Shown piece after piece: positions 1-9,618 of a stretch of DNA of 64,000 nt. The notes under the pieces were generated by a model. The model searched no databases, was not told the origin of the DNA, and saw only the letters and a list, made by a program, of their open reading frames with translations. The DNA comes from an uncultured Acidimicrobiales bacterium (GTDB taxonomy: Bacteria; Actinomycetota; Acidimicrobiia; Acidimicrobiales; UBA10347): assembly GCA_943788915.1 (NCBI GenBank), contig CALSSD010000004.1, positions 1 to 64,000 on the forward strand, given 5' to 3'. The number at the start of each line of letters is the position of its first letter. Within the stretch, counting starts at the first letter, position 1. Position numbers and translations under genes: made by a program.

Positions 1-1818
1 ATCTCGATCAGTGGCTTCGGCGCCGAAGCATTCCGGATTGCCCTCGACGGTTCACCTTCGTACGAAAAGTGGTCGTTTATTGGTTACCCACTTGCCCAGC
101 TCGTTGATGGCATGGACAGCCTGAGCGGCTGGCACCAAGCATGGTGGATCGCACACGTGATCTCGTTCGCTCTGTTCCTGATCATCTTGCCGACCACAAT
201 GTTGCGCCACATGGTGACCTCGCCAGCAAACATGTATCTCAAGGATCGTGATCGTCCAAAGGGCGCCATGAAACCCATGGCCAACCTGATGGAAACCGAG
301 ATGGAGAGCTTCGGCGCCTCGGTCATCGAAGACTTCACCTGGAAGCAACTCATGGACACCGACTCGTGCACCATGTGCGGTCGGTGCACCGCGGTGTGCC
401 CAGCTAGCGCTACTGGCAAGTCACTCGATCCCCGCGAAATCGTGCTCAAAACCGGCGAGGTAATGGCCCGTTCCGGCACCCCCCAGGTCACACCCCCGAT
501 TGGGGTCGACAAGGAAATCGCTCTGGCCAACGAGCCTGGCAACATTCTGGTCGCGCCAAACAACGTCTTTGACCGCATCACCAGCGAAGAGATCTGGGCC
601 TGCACCACGTGTAAGGCATGTGACGAGAACTGTCCGGTCAACATCGAGATCCTCGACAAGATCTTGGACATGCGTCGTTACCTGTCACTCATGGAAAGCG
701 ACTTCCCCGCCGAGCTTGGCAATGCCTACCGGGCCATGGAAAATCAAGGCAATCCGTGGGGCATGGGCCAAGGCGAACGAGCCGACTGGGCATCGGAATT
801 CGAAGGCCTCGAAGTCCTCGACGGCGGCGATCCAATGACCGCCGAATACTTGTACTGGGTTGGTTGCGCAGGCAGTTTCGACGACAAGAACAAGAAGGTC
901 TCGCAAGCCTTCAGCAAGCTCATGGATCGCGCCGGCGTCAGCTTCGCAATCTTGGGCCCATCAGAAATGTGCACCGGTGACCCAGCTCGCCGTTCCGGCA
1001 ACGAATACATCTTCCAGATGTTGGCGATGCAGAACATCGAGACACTGAACTCGATGGGTGTGAAGAAGATTGTGGCCCAGTGTCCACACTGTTTCAACAC
1101 GCTCGCTAACGAGTACCCACAACTCGGCGGTCACTACGAAGTTGTGCACCACAGCCAGCTGCTCGAAGACCTCATCGACAGCGGCAAACTCGATGTCACG
1201 AACGCCACGCTCGAGGATCGCCTCGTGTACCACGACTCGTGTTACCTGGGTCGCCACAACGACGTGTACCTGTCACCACGAAACGTGGTCGGTTCTATCG
1301 GTGGCATTCAGGTCGTCGAAGCCGAACGCAACGGCACCAAGGGCATGTGTTGCGGCGCCGGTGGCGCTCGCATGTGGATGGAAGAACACGTCGGCAAACA
1401 GATCAACGTCGAACGTTCACAAGAACTGCTTGCAACGGGTGCTACTCGCATCGCTACGGCGTGCCCATTCTGTTACGTGATGATCGATGACGGCATCAAG
1501 GGCGAAGGTGTCGAAGACGGCGAAGTGCTGGTCCAGGACATTGCGATGCACCTGCTCGACGCCATCGAGGAGGGCGAAGCCAAGGCCCAAGCCACGATGG
1601 TGAATGTCACCCTGAAACCAACGGCCGAACGAGTCACCGCAGAGAAGATCGAGCTTCCACTCGGCTTCGGCATGCACGGTGACCTCGACGGCGACGGCAT
1701 CAGGGACACCGACGCTGAGCCCGGCCCCATTGCCGCGCTCGTTGGTGAGACCCACCTCAGTCACAACGACGCCAACGTTGATGAAGCCGGTGTGGATGAA
1801 GCTGACGAAGAGGAATAA
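1..1818 (+). CDS. Membrane-anchored Fe-S oxidoreductase, heterodisulfide reductase HdrD/FadF-like (5' part outside window)
   Basis: Frame is open from base 1. Two CxxCxxCxxxCP ferredoxin motifs (CTMCGRCTAVCP, CTTCKACDENCP) and CCG-type domains (YWVGC, YHDSCYLGR, CCGAGG, TACPFC). Confidence 0.9.
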   Translation: MSISGFGAEAFRIALDGSPSYEKWSFIGYPLAQLVDGMDSLSGWHQAWWIAHVISFALFLIILPTTMLRHMVTSPANMYLKDRDRPKGAMKPMANLMETEMESFGASVIEDFTWKQLMDTDSCTMCGRCTAVCPASATGKSLDPREIVLKTGEVMARSGTPQVTPPIGVDKEIALANEPGNILVAPNNVFDRITSEEIWACTTCKACDENCPVNIEILDKILDMRRYLSLMESDFPAELGNAYRAMENQGNPWGMGQGERADWASEFEGLEVLDGGDPMTAEYLYWVGCAGSFDDKNKKVSQAFSKLMDRAGVSFAILGPSEMCTGDPARRSGNEYIFQMLAMQNIETLNSMGVKKIVAQCPHCFNTLANEYPQLGGHYEVVHHSQLLEDLIDSGKLDVTNATLEDRLVYHDSCYLGRHNDVYLSPRNVVGSIGGIQVVEAERNGTKGMCCGAGGARMWMEEHVGKQINVERSQELLATGATRIATACPFCYVMIDDGIKGEGVEDGEVLVQDIAMHLLDAIEEGEAKAQATMVNVTLKPTAERVTAEKIELPLGFGMHGDLDGDGIRDTDAEPGPIAALVGETHLSHNDANVDEAGVDEADEEE

Positions 1819-1837
1819 CCCGCCCCACTAGTTTCTG

Positions 1838-1882
1838 AGAAGCCCGGTGCGCCAACGTGCGCACCGGGCTTCTTCGCGTTTT
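1838..1882 (+). terminator. Intrinsic terminator-like hairpin
   Basis: Perfect 15-bp stem agaagcccggtgcgc/gcgcaccgggcttct with a 6-nt loop, followed by tcgcgtttt, 20 nt after the stop codon. Confidence 0.85.
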
Positions 1883-1965
1883 AGGCGACCGCTGTTGAGC
1901 AAGGTGGTTGGTCGCAGGATCAGCCACGATCGCGATGGTCCTCGGCAACGATGTAGCCTGCGGAC

Positions 1966-2400
1966 ATGAATCTTGGTGGCCCTGAACTCCTGATCGTGGT
2001 GGCCATTGCCGTGTTGTTGTTCGGCTCAGGATGGCTGCCCAAGGCAGCAAAGAACCTGGGCAAAGCCAAGGTCGAGTTCGACGAGGTTCAGCGCCAGTTC
2101 AACGAGACCAAGGACTCGGTGGTCGAAGCGACCGGGATGAGGGAACTCGAATCGACCATGCGTAAGGCCAACAAGGTCATCAACACCTCACCTCAAAAGC
2201 TCATGAAGGACGCTGCCAAGTCCGCGGTCACTAGCAGCGAGGCAGCCGCCGCCGGCCAAAACGACACCGAGTCGGAGCAATCAGAAGACGGCATCGAAGA
2301 CGCCGAGATTGTGGAGCCGGCGACCTCGACCAAACCAGCCAAGTCGGCCGACAGTCCCGACACACCCGGCGACACCAACATCAACGTCGACTTCCGGTAG
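1966..2400 (+). CDS. tatA: Twin-arginine translocase TatA/TatE family subunit
   Basis: N-terminus MNLGGPELLIVVAIAVLLFGSGWLP, then an amphipathic helix (KNLGKAKVEF) and an acidic tail. Confidence 0.8.
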   Translation: MNLGGPELLIVVAIAVLLFGSGWLPKAAKNLGKAKVEFDEVQRQFNETKDSVVEATGMRELESTMRKANKVINTSPQKLMKDAAKSAVTSSEAAAAGQNDTESEQSEDGIEDAEIVEPATSTKPAKSADSPDTPGDTNINVDFR

Positions 2401-2626
2401 TTCAGCTTTCAGGCCAGTTCAGCTTCACTTTTGCTGGTGGCAGTGGACATGACACGGTGCACGTCGGCGTGGCAGTTCGCTTGTGATCGTGTGGCCATAC
2501 CCCTCCAACACTCGGCCACTCCTCCCCTCCCTTATGGAGTTGCTCGCAGAGTGCGGCCACACCAAGAAGCAGCGGTGAGTCAACGAGTCGCCGAGAAGAT
2601 CCTTCGCAACAAGAGTGAGGGAACCA

Positions 2627-3022
2627 TTAGCCGTTTCGTCGCAGAGACATCCCAGTCGTGTGTTCGGGCACAACAAAGCCAAACTTTTGATACAGCCAGT
2701 CGATGTCAGCAAACAGATTGACGATCGTCGACGCAGGCAACGTGTCAACAAACTCCATGATCTTCTCCATGATCATTCGCGACAGGCCCTGCCCCTGCCA
2801 GTCCGGATGCACCGCTATGTCCACGACCTGCACATGGAGACCGTCGCCAACAACCCGCCCCATGCCGACCAACCGACCGTCTTCGCGCAACGTCACCGCG
2901 TAACGTGATCGGGGAAGTGCATCGACTGCCGCGACAGGGTCCATTGCCGACAAGCCGGTAGCAATTCGCAGCGCGCAGTATTCGTCGACGGTTGGCAGTA
3001 CAGCTGCGACGTCAACACTCAT
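2627..3022 (-). CDS. GNAT family N-acetyltransferase
   Basis: VGMGRVVGDG and motif A DIAVHPDWQGQGL; LYQKFGF. Confidence 0.9.
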   Translation of the reverse strand: MSVDVAAVLPTVDEYCALRIATGLSAMDPVAAVDALPRSRYAVTLREDGRLVGMGRVVGDGLHVQVVDIAVHPDWQGQGLSRMIMEKIMEFVDTLPASTIVNLFADIDWLYQKFGFVVPEHTTGMSLRRNG

Positions 3023-3027
3023 TTCGC

Positions 3028-3594
3028 CTAACCGAAGTTCTCGTTGTAGCGACTGGCGATGGGGCCGACCTGGTCTTGGTACTTCGAACCAACCTCGCCG
3101 GAACCATACGGATGGTCGGCTTCGGTAGTCATTTGCATGAAGCTCATCTGGCCGATCTTCATGCTCGGATACAGCGTGATCGGCAAGCTGGCCACGTTCG
3201 ACAGCTCGAGCGTGAGCTGGCCATTCCAGCCAGCGTCGACGAAACCGGCAGTGGAATGGATGAGCAGGCCGAGGCGGCCCAGGCTGCTCTTGCCTTCGAT
3301 CCGTGCAACCAAATTGTTCGGCACCTTGACCCGCTCGAGGGTGGACCCGAGCACGAACTCACCCGGATGCAAGATGAACGGCTGGTCATCGTCGTTGATC
3401 TCGACCAACTCGGTCAAGTCACTCAAGTCCTCTTTGACATCGATAATGGCTCGGGTGTGATTCCGAAAGATTCGGAACGACGGCGCCAGTCGCAAATCAA
3501 TTGACGATGGTTGAATCGCGTTATCCCCCAAGGGTTCAACTTCGATAGTTCCGGCAGCGAGTGCTTCACGCAGGCTGCGGTCGCTCAACATCAT
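3028..3594 (-). CDS. dcd: dCTP deaminase
   Basis: IQPSSIDLRL, GKSSLGRLGL, TAGFVDAGWNGQLTLEL and KYQDQ motifs. Confidence 0.97.
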   Translation of the reverse strand: MMLSDRSLREALAAGTIEVEPLGDNAIQPSSIDLRLAPSFRIFRNHTRAIIDVKEDLSDLTELVEINDDDQPFILHPGEFVLGSTLERVKVPNNLVARIEGKSSLGRLGLLIHSTAGFVDAGWNGQLTLELSNVASLPITLYPSMKIGQMSFMQMTTEADHPYGSGEVGSKYQDQVGPIASRYNENFG

Positions 3595-3615
3595 GCTGTG
3601 TCGCTCATGGCTGTG

Positions 3616-4320
3616 TCACTCATAGTTGGGATCGGCTTTCTCGTTCTCTACGGCTTTGACTTTGAGTTCAATCACATCGGCGCCGTGGTCGGTTGGCAGT
3701 TGGAGCTGGCGGCCTTGTTGGGCCCACAGTTCTTGATGCCAGTGCAGACGACACCGGAGTTCATAACTGGTGGCTGCTTCGCTGCGATCGTTCGTGTCGC
3801 CCACCACCTTGAGTGCGCCAGCGTAGACCTGGCGACCGTCGACCAGACGGGCATTGTGGGTAGCCCGATTACCGCAATAACAACGCGCTTCGACTTGCAG
3901 TTCACTTCGTTCGTCGGCAAGTTCCAACAGCCGGGCAGTACCCGGAAAAAGCTGGCCTTGAAAACTGGTGAGCAAACCAAAGGCAAACACATCAACACTC
4001 AGCAGGTCGACTACCTGCGCCAGTTGCTCAATCTGTTCGGGTGAATAGAACTGGGCTTCGTCGCACACGATTGCATCAAGACCCTCTTCGATCACCAGTG
4101 TGCGAGCAATACTCAACAGATCCGTGTCAGGTGTGACGATCTGCGCTTCGGCCGACACGCCAAGCCGGCTTGATACCCGGCCTTCCTCGCGATCGAGCTG
4201 GCTGATCAACAACACCTGCAGACCACGAGTCGTCAGATTGTGGTGGATCTGCAGCGCCTGGGTGCTCTTGCCCGACCCCATCGTGCCGAAGAAGAACTTC
4301 AGCTTCGAGCCCCTGCTCAT
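3616..4320 (-). CDS. tdk: Thymidine kinase
   Basis: GTMGSGKST P-loop, CDEAQF, FGLLTSFQGQLFPG and Zn-binding CYCG...LRCRLHW. Start placed at ATG 4320. Confidence 0.95.
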   Translation of the reverse strand: MSRGSKLKFFFGTMGSGKSTQALQIHHNLTTRGLQVLLISQLDREEGRVSSRLGVSAEAQIVTPDTDLLSIARTLVIEEGLDAIVCDEAQFYSPEQIEQLAQVVDLLSVDVFAFGLLTSFQGQLFPGTARLLELADERSELQVEARCYCGNRATHNARLVDGRQVYAGALKVVGDTNDRSEAATSYELRCRLHWHQELWAQQGRQLQLPTDHGADVIELKVKAVENEKADPNYE

Positions 4321-4330
4321 GCGAGTCCTC

Positions 4331-5219
4331 TCATGTGTTTGATGCTTCGAAGATCGACGCAATCGAGGCATCGAGCGTTTCATCGAAATCGACATCGCTG
4401 TGGCCGTCGGATAACCCTTCGGCGAGCGCTCGAGAAAAGCTCGCGATCATGCCATTGTTCTGCGCCAGCTTGGCGTTGGCGAGGGCACGGTCATAGCCAC
4501 CAGACAACGCAACCACCCGTAACACTCGTGGGTCAGCGATCAGATCCGTGTACCAATTCGGCTCATCAGGAAGGGTCAATTTGAGCATGACCTGGCTGCC
4601 GGCAGGAAGTCGGTCAAGTTGGGCGCTGATCTCATCGCGAAGTAACGCTTCGGCCTGAGCCTTGTCGGGGCAATGAATAGATACCTCAGGCTCGATGATC
4701 GGCATGAGATCGGCCGCAAGAATCTGCAGGCCGACATCGAATTGTTGCTCGACAACCGCACGCACACCCGTGACAGCGGCTTGGCTGATCAACGACCTCA
4801 TCTTGGTTCCGTAAACACCCCGTTCAGTAGCGCGAGCCAACAGTTTGTCCAGGTCAGGGTTCGGCTTCATGACCTGGACGCCATTCGCCATCTCGGCCAG
4901 TCCTTTATCGACCTTCAGAAACGGCACAATCTGTTTCTGTGACCACAGGTATTCGGCGGTGTACAGGCCCTGGACCTTGCGATCCATGGTCATCTCGAAC
5001 AGGATCGCACCCAAAATCCGATCACCGTCGAAACTCGGTGACGTCATGATGCGAGTAGCGCATGGCATGAACCAAATCGAACATCTCATCGTCGGAACTA
5101 AACCGGGTTTCATCAATGCCATAGGCCGCGAGAGCACCCGGTGTGCTGCCGCCGCTTTGGTCGAGCGCAGCGATAAAACCTGGCGCTGATTCGATTCGAT
5201 TTCGCTGCTCGTCTCCCAC
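4331..5219 (-). CDS. fda: Class I fructose-bisphosphate aldolase, interrupted by a +1 frameshift near 5057
   Basis: N-terminal GFIAALDQSGGSTP is in one frame (GTG 5219). ILGAILFEMTM, PFLKVDKGL, GTKMRS, PIIEPEV, VALSGGY and ASFSRAL are in another. Removing one base from ATG CGC T ACT CGC joins them. Confidence 0.9.
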
Positions 5220-5308
5220 AAGACGTCCTCTCGAACTGGGTGGTGTTCGGCAATACCACGACTCCGAACCTCGGTCCACCTGCACACTACGCGGTTAACA
5301 TCAACGCC

Positions 5309-6331
5309 GTGCACACCTTGAATGTCGCGTTGACCGGCGCCACCGGATACATCGCAAGTCATATCGCTGTTGCCCTCGCCGAACACGGGCACTGGGTCGT
5401 CGGACTCGACAATTTTGTCAACAGCTCGCCACTTGTGCTTGACCGTCTCGCCACGATCTCCGACACCGGCATGCCATTTGAGGAGCTTGACCTGTCGCAG
5501 ACCGACGAGGTCGCTTCGTTTCTCTCGACCAACAAGGTCGACGCTGTCATCCATCTCGCAGGGCTCAAGTCGGTGGCCGATTCTGTCGCTGAGCCGCTGC
5601 GTTACTACGAGAACAATGTCGCTGGCAGCATCAGCTTGCTGACGGCGATGGAGCAGGCCAAGGTGCACGGCATTGTGTTCTCGTCCTCGGCCACGGTGTA
5701 TAACCCTGACCAGGTCAGCCCGCTCAGCGAAGACGCAGAAACTGGACCGATCAATCCCTACGGCCGAACCAAGTTCATGGTCGAGCAGATCATTAACGAC
5801 GTGGCCGCGTCATCACCGCTTAAGGCCATCAACCTGCGATACTTCAACCCCGTCGGTGCCCACCCCAGTGGGCTGATCGGCGAAGACCCCATCGGCCCGC
5901 CAAACAATCTCATGCCCTTTGTCATGCAGGTCGCCGTCGGCATGCGGGACGAAGTCCTGATCTTTGGCGACGACTACACCACTCCCGACGGCACTGGCGT
6001 ACGCGATTACATCCATGTGTGTGATCTCGCCGACGGACACGTCGCGGCGGTAGATGCGCTTGCCAACAGTGGGTCAAGCCAAACGATCAATCTGGGAACA
6101 GGCGTTGGTTCATCGGTGCTCGATGTACTCGCTGCAGCCGAACGAGCTGCAGACCGAACCATCCCCCATCGTGTTGTTGGACGCCGTCCCGGCGATGCCG
6201 CTATCAGCTACGCCGACCCCACCCGAGCACACGAACAACTCGGCTGGCGGGCCCAAAGATCCCTGGCCGATGCGTGTGTTGATCACTGGCGCTGGCAAGA
6301 TCAAAACCCACAGGGCTATTCCAGCTCGTAA
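5309..6331 (+). CDS. galE: UDP-glucose 4-epimerase
   Basis: TGATGYIASH, FSSSATVY, YGRTK, LRYFNPVGAH and GVRDYIHV motifs. Start is GTG 5309 or TTG 5318. Confidence 0.96.
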   Translation: MHTLNVALTGATGYIASHIAVALAEHGHWVVGLDNFVNSSPLVLDRLATISDTGMPFEELDLSQTDEVASFLSTNKVDAVIHLAGLKSVADSVAEPLRYYENNVAGSISLLTAMEQAKVHGIVFSSSATVYNPDQVSPLSEDAETGPINPYGRTKFMVEQIINDVAASSPLKAINLRYFNPVGAHPSGLIGEDPIGPPNNLMPFVMQVAVGMRDEVLIFGDDYTTPDGTGVRDYIHVCDLADGHVAAVDALANSGSSQTINLGTGVGSSVLDVLAAAERAADRTIPHRVVGRRPGDAAISYADPTRAHEQLGWRAQRSLADACVDHWRWQDQNPQGYSSS

Positions 6332-6407
6332 CATCACTTCGTCGCCAACCACTTGTGCGGTTGCCGGCTTCCACCCTTTTCACTCCCCAGACTCACTGGA
6401 GCACCAA

Positions 6408-7220
6408 ATGTCTGTTCGCATCGTCACCGACAGTGGCTGTGATCTGTCACCCGAAGTTGCCGACGCTTTGGGCATCGTTGTCGTGCCGCTGAGCATCCGG
6501 TTCGGTTCCACCGAATACACCGATCGTATTGACCTCTCCCCCGAGAAGTTCTACGAGGAAATGGCTCAACGCGACGAACTACCCGAGACCGCAGCTCCGT
6601 CCCCTGGTTCATTCGCGAAGGCGTATCAGTCGCTCCTCGCCGACGGTGCGACCACCATCCTCAGCATCAACCTGTCCGAAGCACTTTCTGCAACCGCGCA
6701 AGCTGCACGCACCGCCGCCACCCTTATCGAAGGCGCCGACATTCGTATCATTGACTCCACGTCAGTCACCGTCGGTCAGGGCACCATCGTGCTTCGGGCC
6801 GCCGAGGCCGCCCGCGATGGCGCAAGCATCGAAGAAATCGTCGCCAGCACCACTGACCTCGCTGCGCGTACCCACGTGCTGGGTGTGCTCGACACACTCG
6901 ACAACCTGAAGAAGGGTGGCCGCATCGGCAATGCCCAAGCCATGATTGGTTCACTGCTATCGATCAAGCCATGCATCGATATCAGCAGTGGCGCAGTTGA
7001 AGAAGCTGGCCGTCAGCGCACCAGGAAGAAGGCACTAGCCTGGCTAGCCAACTCGCTTCCTGCAAACGCCAAGAACGTCGCTATCGGCCATGGTCTAGCT
7101 CCCGATATCGACAGCTTCGTCAACATGATCAACGTCGAAGTAGATCGTGTCAACCTGATCGGACCTGTCGTGGGCACCCATGGCGGACCACGCGTGGTCG
7201 GCCTCAGCTACACGGTCTAG
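6408..7220 (+). CDS. DegV family fatty-acid binding protein (FakB-like)
   Basis: IVTDSGCDL, TAAPSPG, LSEALSAT, LKKGGRIG and VGTHGGP motifs; GGAG upstream of ATG 6408. Confidence 0.95.
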   Translation: MSVRIVTDSGCDLSPEVADALGIVVVPLSIRFGSTEYTDRIDLSPEKFYEEMAQRDELPETAAPSPGSFAKAYQSLLADGATTILSINLSEALSATAQAARTAATLIEGADIRIIDSTSVTVGQGTIVLRAAEAARDGASIEEIVASTTDLAARTHVLGVLDTLDNLKKGGRIGNAQAMIGSLLSIKPCIDISSGAVEEAGRQRTRKKALAWLANSLPANAKNVAIGHGLAPDIDSFVNMINVEVDRVNLIGPVVGTHGGPRVVGLSYTV

Positions 7221-7433
7221 ACACCGCTCCGCTCCGACCTCCATTCCACCCCGCGCCGACGTTCAGAGGTTGCCGGGACCACAGAACTGTGTAGCTCAGA
7301 CAGCAGTCCAAGCGCTGCGAGTCGAATCCGTACGTACCCCCGCTCCGACGCAGTTTCCATGCCTGCTCGGTACTGAACCGCTGCAAACGAAGCACAGCCG
7401 ACTTGGACATGCTCACGAACTACAGTCGCGCGG

Positions 7434-8021
7434 GTGAGTGGCGACGATCGCGCCCTGGTGGCGCAGGCTCAGGGCGGCGACCGTGCCGCGCTCGATGAGC
7501 TGCTTCGACGTCACTATGACCGCATCTACGCAATCTGTCGGCGGATTGCCGGCAACGATGCTGACGCCGCCGACGCCACCCAAGAAGCGCTCATGGCCAT
7601 CGTGCGTGGGCTGGCCAAATTTGACAACCGAGCCGCGTTCTCGACGTGGTCGTACCGGGTCGCAACCAATGCCTGCCTCGACGAGTTGAGGCGCCGCAGC
7701 CGTCGGCCGACTCCCGCGCTCGTCGACGAACACGATGGTTGGGCCGAACAGAATACCCACGACCGAACGCCGGCCTTCGACGAACAAATCGCCGTGCGTG
7801 ACGAAGTCCAAGCCGCCCTCAACCAGCTCCCAGAAGAGTTTCGCGCGCCCGTGGTCTTGCGTGACTGTGCCGGGCTCGACTATGCCGAGATCGCAGAAAC
7901 GCTCGGGATTCCGCCAGGTACCGTGCGATCTCGTATTGCCCGGGGTCGAGCGAAACTCGCAGAAATACTGCACGCCGGGAACCAGCCCACTCGTGGCGAA
8001 CGTCAGAACAATCAGTCATGA
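7434..8021 (+). CDS. sigM: ECF RNA polymerase sigma factor, SigM-like
   Basis: Region 2 (DAADATQEAL, FSTWSYRVATNACLDELRR) and region 4 (YAEIAETLGIPPGTVRSRIARGR). Its position upstream of anti-sigma, trxB and trxA matches the actinobacterial sigM locus. Confidence 0.85.
   Translation: MSGDDRALVAQAQGGDRAALDELLRRHYDRIYAICRRIAGNDADAADATQEALMAIVRGLAKFDNRAAFSTWSYRVATNACLDELRRRSRRPTPALVDEHDGWAEQNTHDRTPAFDEQIAVRDEVQAALNQLPEEFRAPVVLRDCAGLDYAEIAETLGIPPGTVRSRIARGRAKLAEILHAGNQPTRGERQNNQS
7978..8005 (+). promoter_or_regulatory. SigM-type promoter GGAAC-N18-CGTCA inside the sigma gene 3' end
   Basis: GGAAC at 7978-7982, an 18-nt spacer, and CGTCA at 8001-8005, 12 nt before ATG 8018. Confidence 0.7.
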
Positions 8022-9089
8022 ATCCGCTTCCACCAAACGCTGACGAGCTCGTCTCGGCCTATCTCGATGGTCAGGCCGCGCCCCACGAAGTCGTCATTGT
8101 TGAGTCCAGCCCCGAGCTGATGGCACCGCGTCGCAGCCACGCGCGGCGTCGCTGATCTGGTCAGCGAACCAGCTGCGCATCCGGCTGCACAAAAGGACGC
8201 CCACATCTCCGCAGGCCCTTGATGCCTTCGACGCTCTCTTTGCTCAAGATGTCGACCAGGTACCACTGGCTGCGTCCCTCCGTCTTGGCTGCCGTGCCGA
8301 CATCTGCGGCACACCACGCGGCTGAACACGCCACAACATCGCCTGCTCCGGACACCACCACAACCAGCGGTGTGACCTCGCTTGCTACTGCTCGCGAACA
8401 GCGCCAACCTCGGCGGTTCAACACCGGCATCATCGCCGCAGCTGCAGCGGTCGTTCTACTCTTTGTCGCCGTCGCTGCGTTCGGACTCGGCGGTGGCGAG
8501 GACTCCTTCGATGTCGCATCAACACAATCTGAGGCTGCCAACACCGTTGCTGACGCCCCCGAGATCGAGTCCTCCACCGACGGTGCGAGCGAAAGCGAGG
8601 CGATGACCGCCGATCCTCCGGCCGTCGGCGCGCTCGAAGCCGCACCTGCACCAACATCAGCGCCACCCCAAGCTGCTGCCTCTCAGCCTTGCCGATGAAG
8701 AGGAGGAGATGGCCGCCGACGCGGCTTCCGATGACGGTGGCGGGCTCGACTCCGAAACAGGAACGGCCCTCGCTACCGAGAGCCTCGCTCTTGCACCACT
8801 CCCGCTGTTCGTCGGAGACTTCCCCGACCAAGAGGCACTGCTTCGTGCACTCGAGCAGGTGCCCGTCGACGAGTTAGCCAAGCGAGTTGAGCCGTTCGAA
8901 CCGGGATTTTTCCCTAGCTGCCAACAAGACGTGCCCGAACTCTGCCGCTATCGAAACGGCCACCCTATGTTGGCGGAGCCTTCATTGCGGGTGACAGCTG
9001 TCGAGGTACATCGCATTGGCGAAGGCGACGACATCGTTATCGTTCTCGTCGACCCCACAGACTGCTCGGTTCTTCCCGCCACACCCTGA
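8018..9089 (+). CDS. Putative membrane anti-sigma factor, broken by multiple single-base insertions
   Basis: ATGA overlap with the sigma stop; N-terminal DELVSAYLDG; one TM helix (IIAAAAAVVLLFVAVAAFGL); acidic linker; C-terminal Cys pair. It needs at least four +1 corrections (~8126, 8214, 8277, 8681). Confidence 0.7.
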
Positions 9090-9153
9090 CCTAGATCACC
9101 ACACGCGCCCTTCTTTCGCCGACGCGGCGCGAGGACGATAGGCTTTCGTTCGC

Positions 9154-9498
9154 ATGGCTGAGACGAACGACCCGGTAGAACGCAGCGAATCCTTGCCCGT
9201 CCCCGGGCTTCCTCTTGATTGGCACGTACTCGCCACCGAAAAGGTCGTTTCAACCGTCGACACGGTGCGGGTCAAAACATCCGGCCCCGCCATCAAGGTT
9301 TCGCGAGCAGTTGTGTTTGGCCTTATGGGAGCCTTTATTGGCCTCATGGCAGTGATCTTGCTGCTTATCGGCCTGGTTCGCCTGCTCGACAACATCCTGC
9401 CAAAGGATGTATGGCTGGTGTATCTGATTCTCGGTGGCCTGTTCTTGGCCCTGGGCGGATTCATCTGGTCAAAGCGCCCTCACCGGGCCGCATCCTGA
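9154..9498 (+). CDS. Small membrane protein with two TM helices, function unknown
   Basis: 114 aa with two hydrophobic segments and a basic C-terminus. Confidence 0.8.
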   Translation: MAETNDPVERSESLPVPGLPLDWHVLATEKVVSTVDTVRVKTSGPAIKVSRAVVFGLMGAFIGLMAVILLLIGLVRLLDNILPKDVWLVYLILGGLFLALGGFIWSKRPHRAAS

Positions 9499-9563
9499 TC
9501 GACTACATCGTGCGTCTTGGACTGCTCGTCAGACCATGCCCATGATCGATCACCCCAACCGGC

Positions 9564-9589
9564 GGAATGCGCTCGCATCAATGCGGGTT
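9564..9589 (+). promoter_or_regulatory. SigR/SigH-type promoter GGAAT-N18-GTT upstream of trxB
   Basis: GGAAT at 9564-9568 and GTT at 9587-9589; exact match to the Streptomyces SigR consensus. Confidence 0.8.
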
Positions 9590-9618
9590 CCCAGCCAGTC
9601 ACATTCTTAGGAGCAGCT

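Noticed and set aside
4331..5668. 445-aa aldolase with a long novel N-terminal domain
   Set aside because: The extra N-terminus is antisense to galE; the real N-terminus is in another frame starting at 5219.
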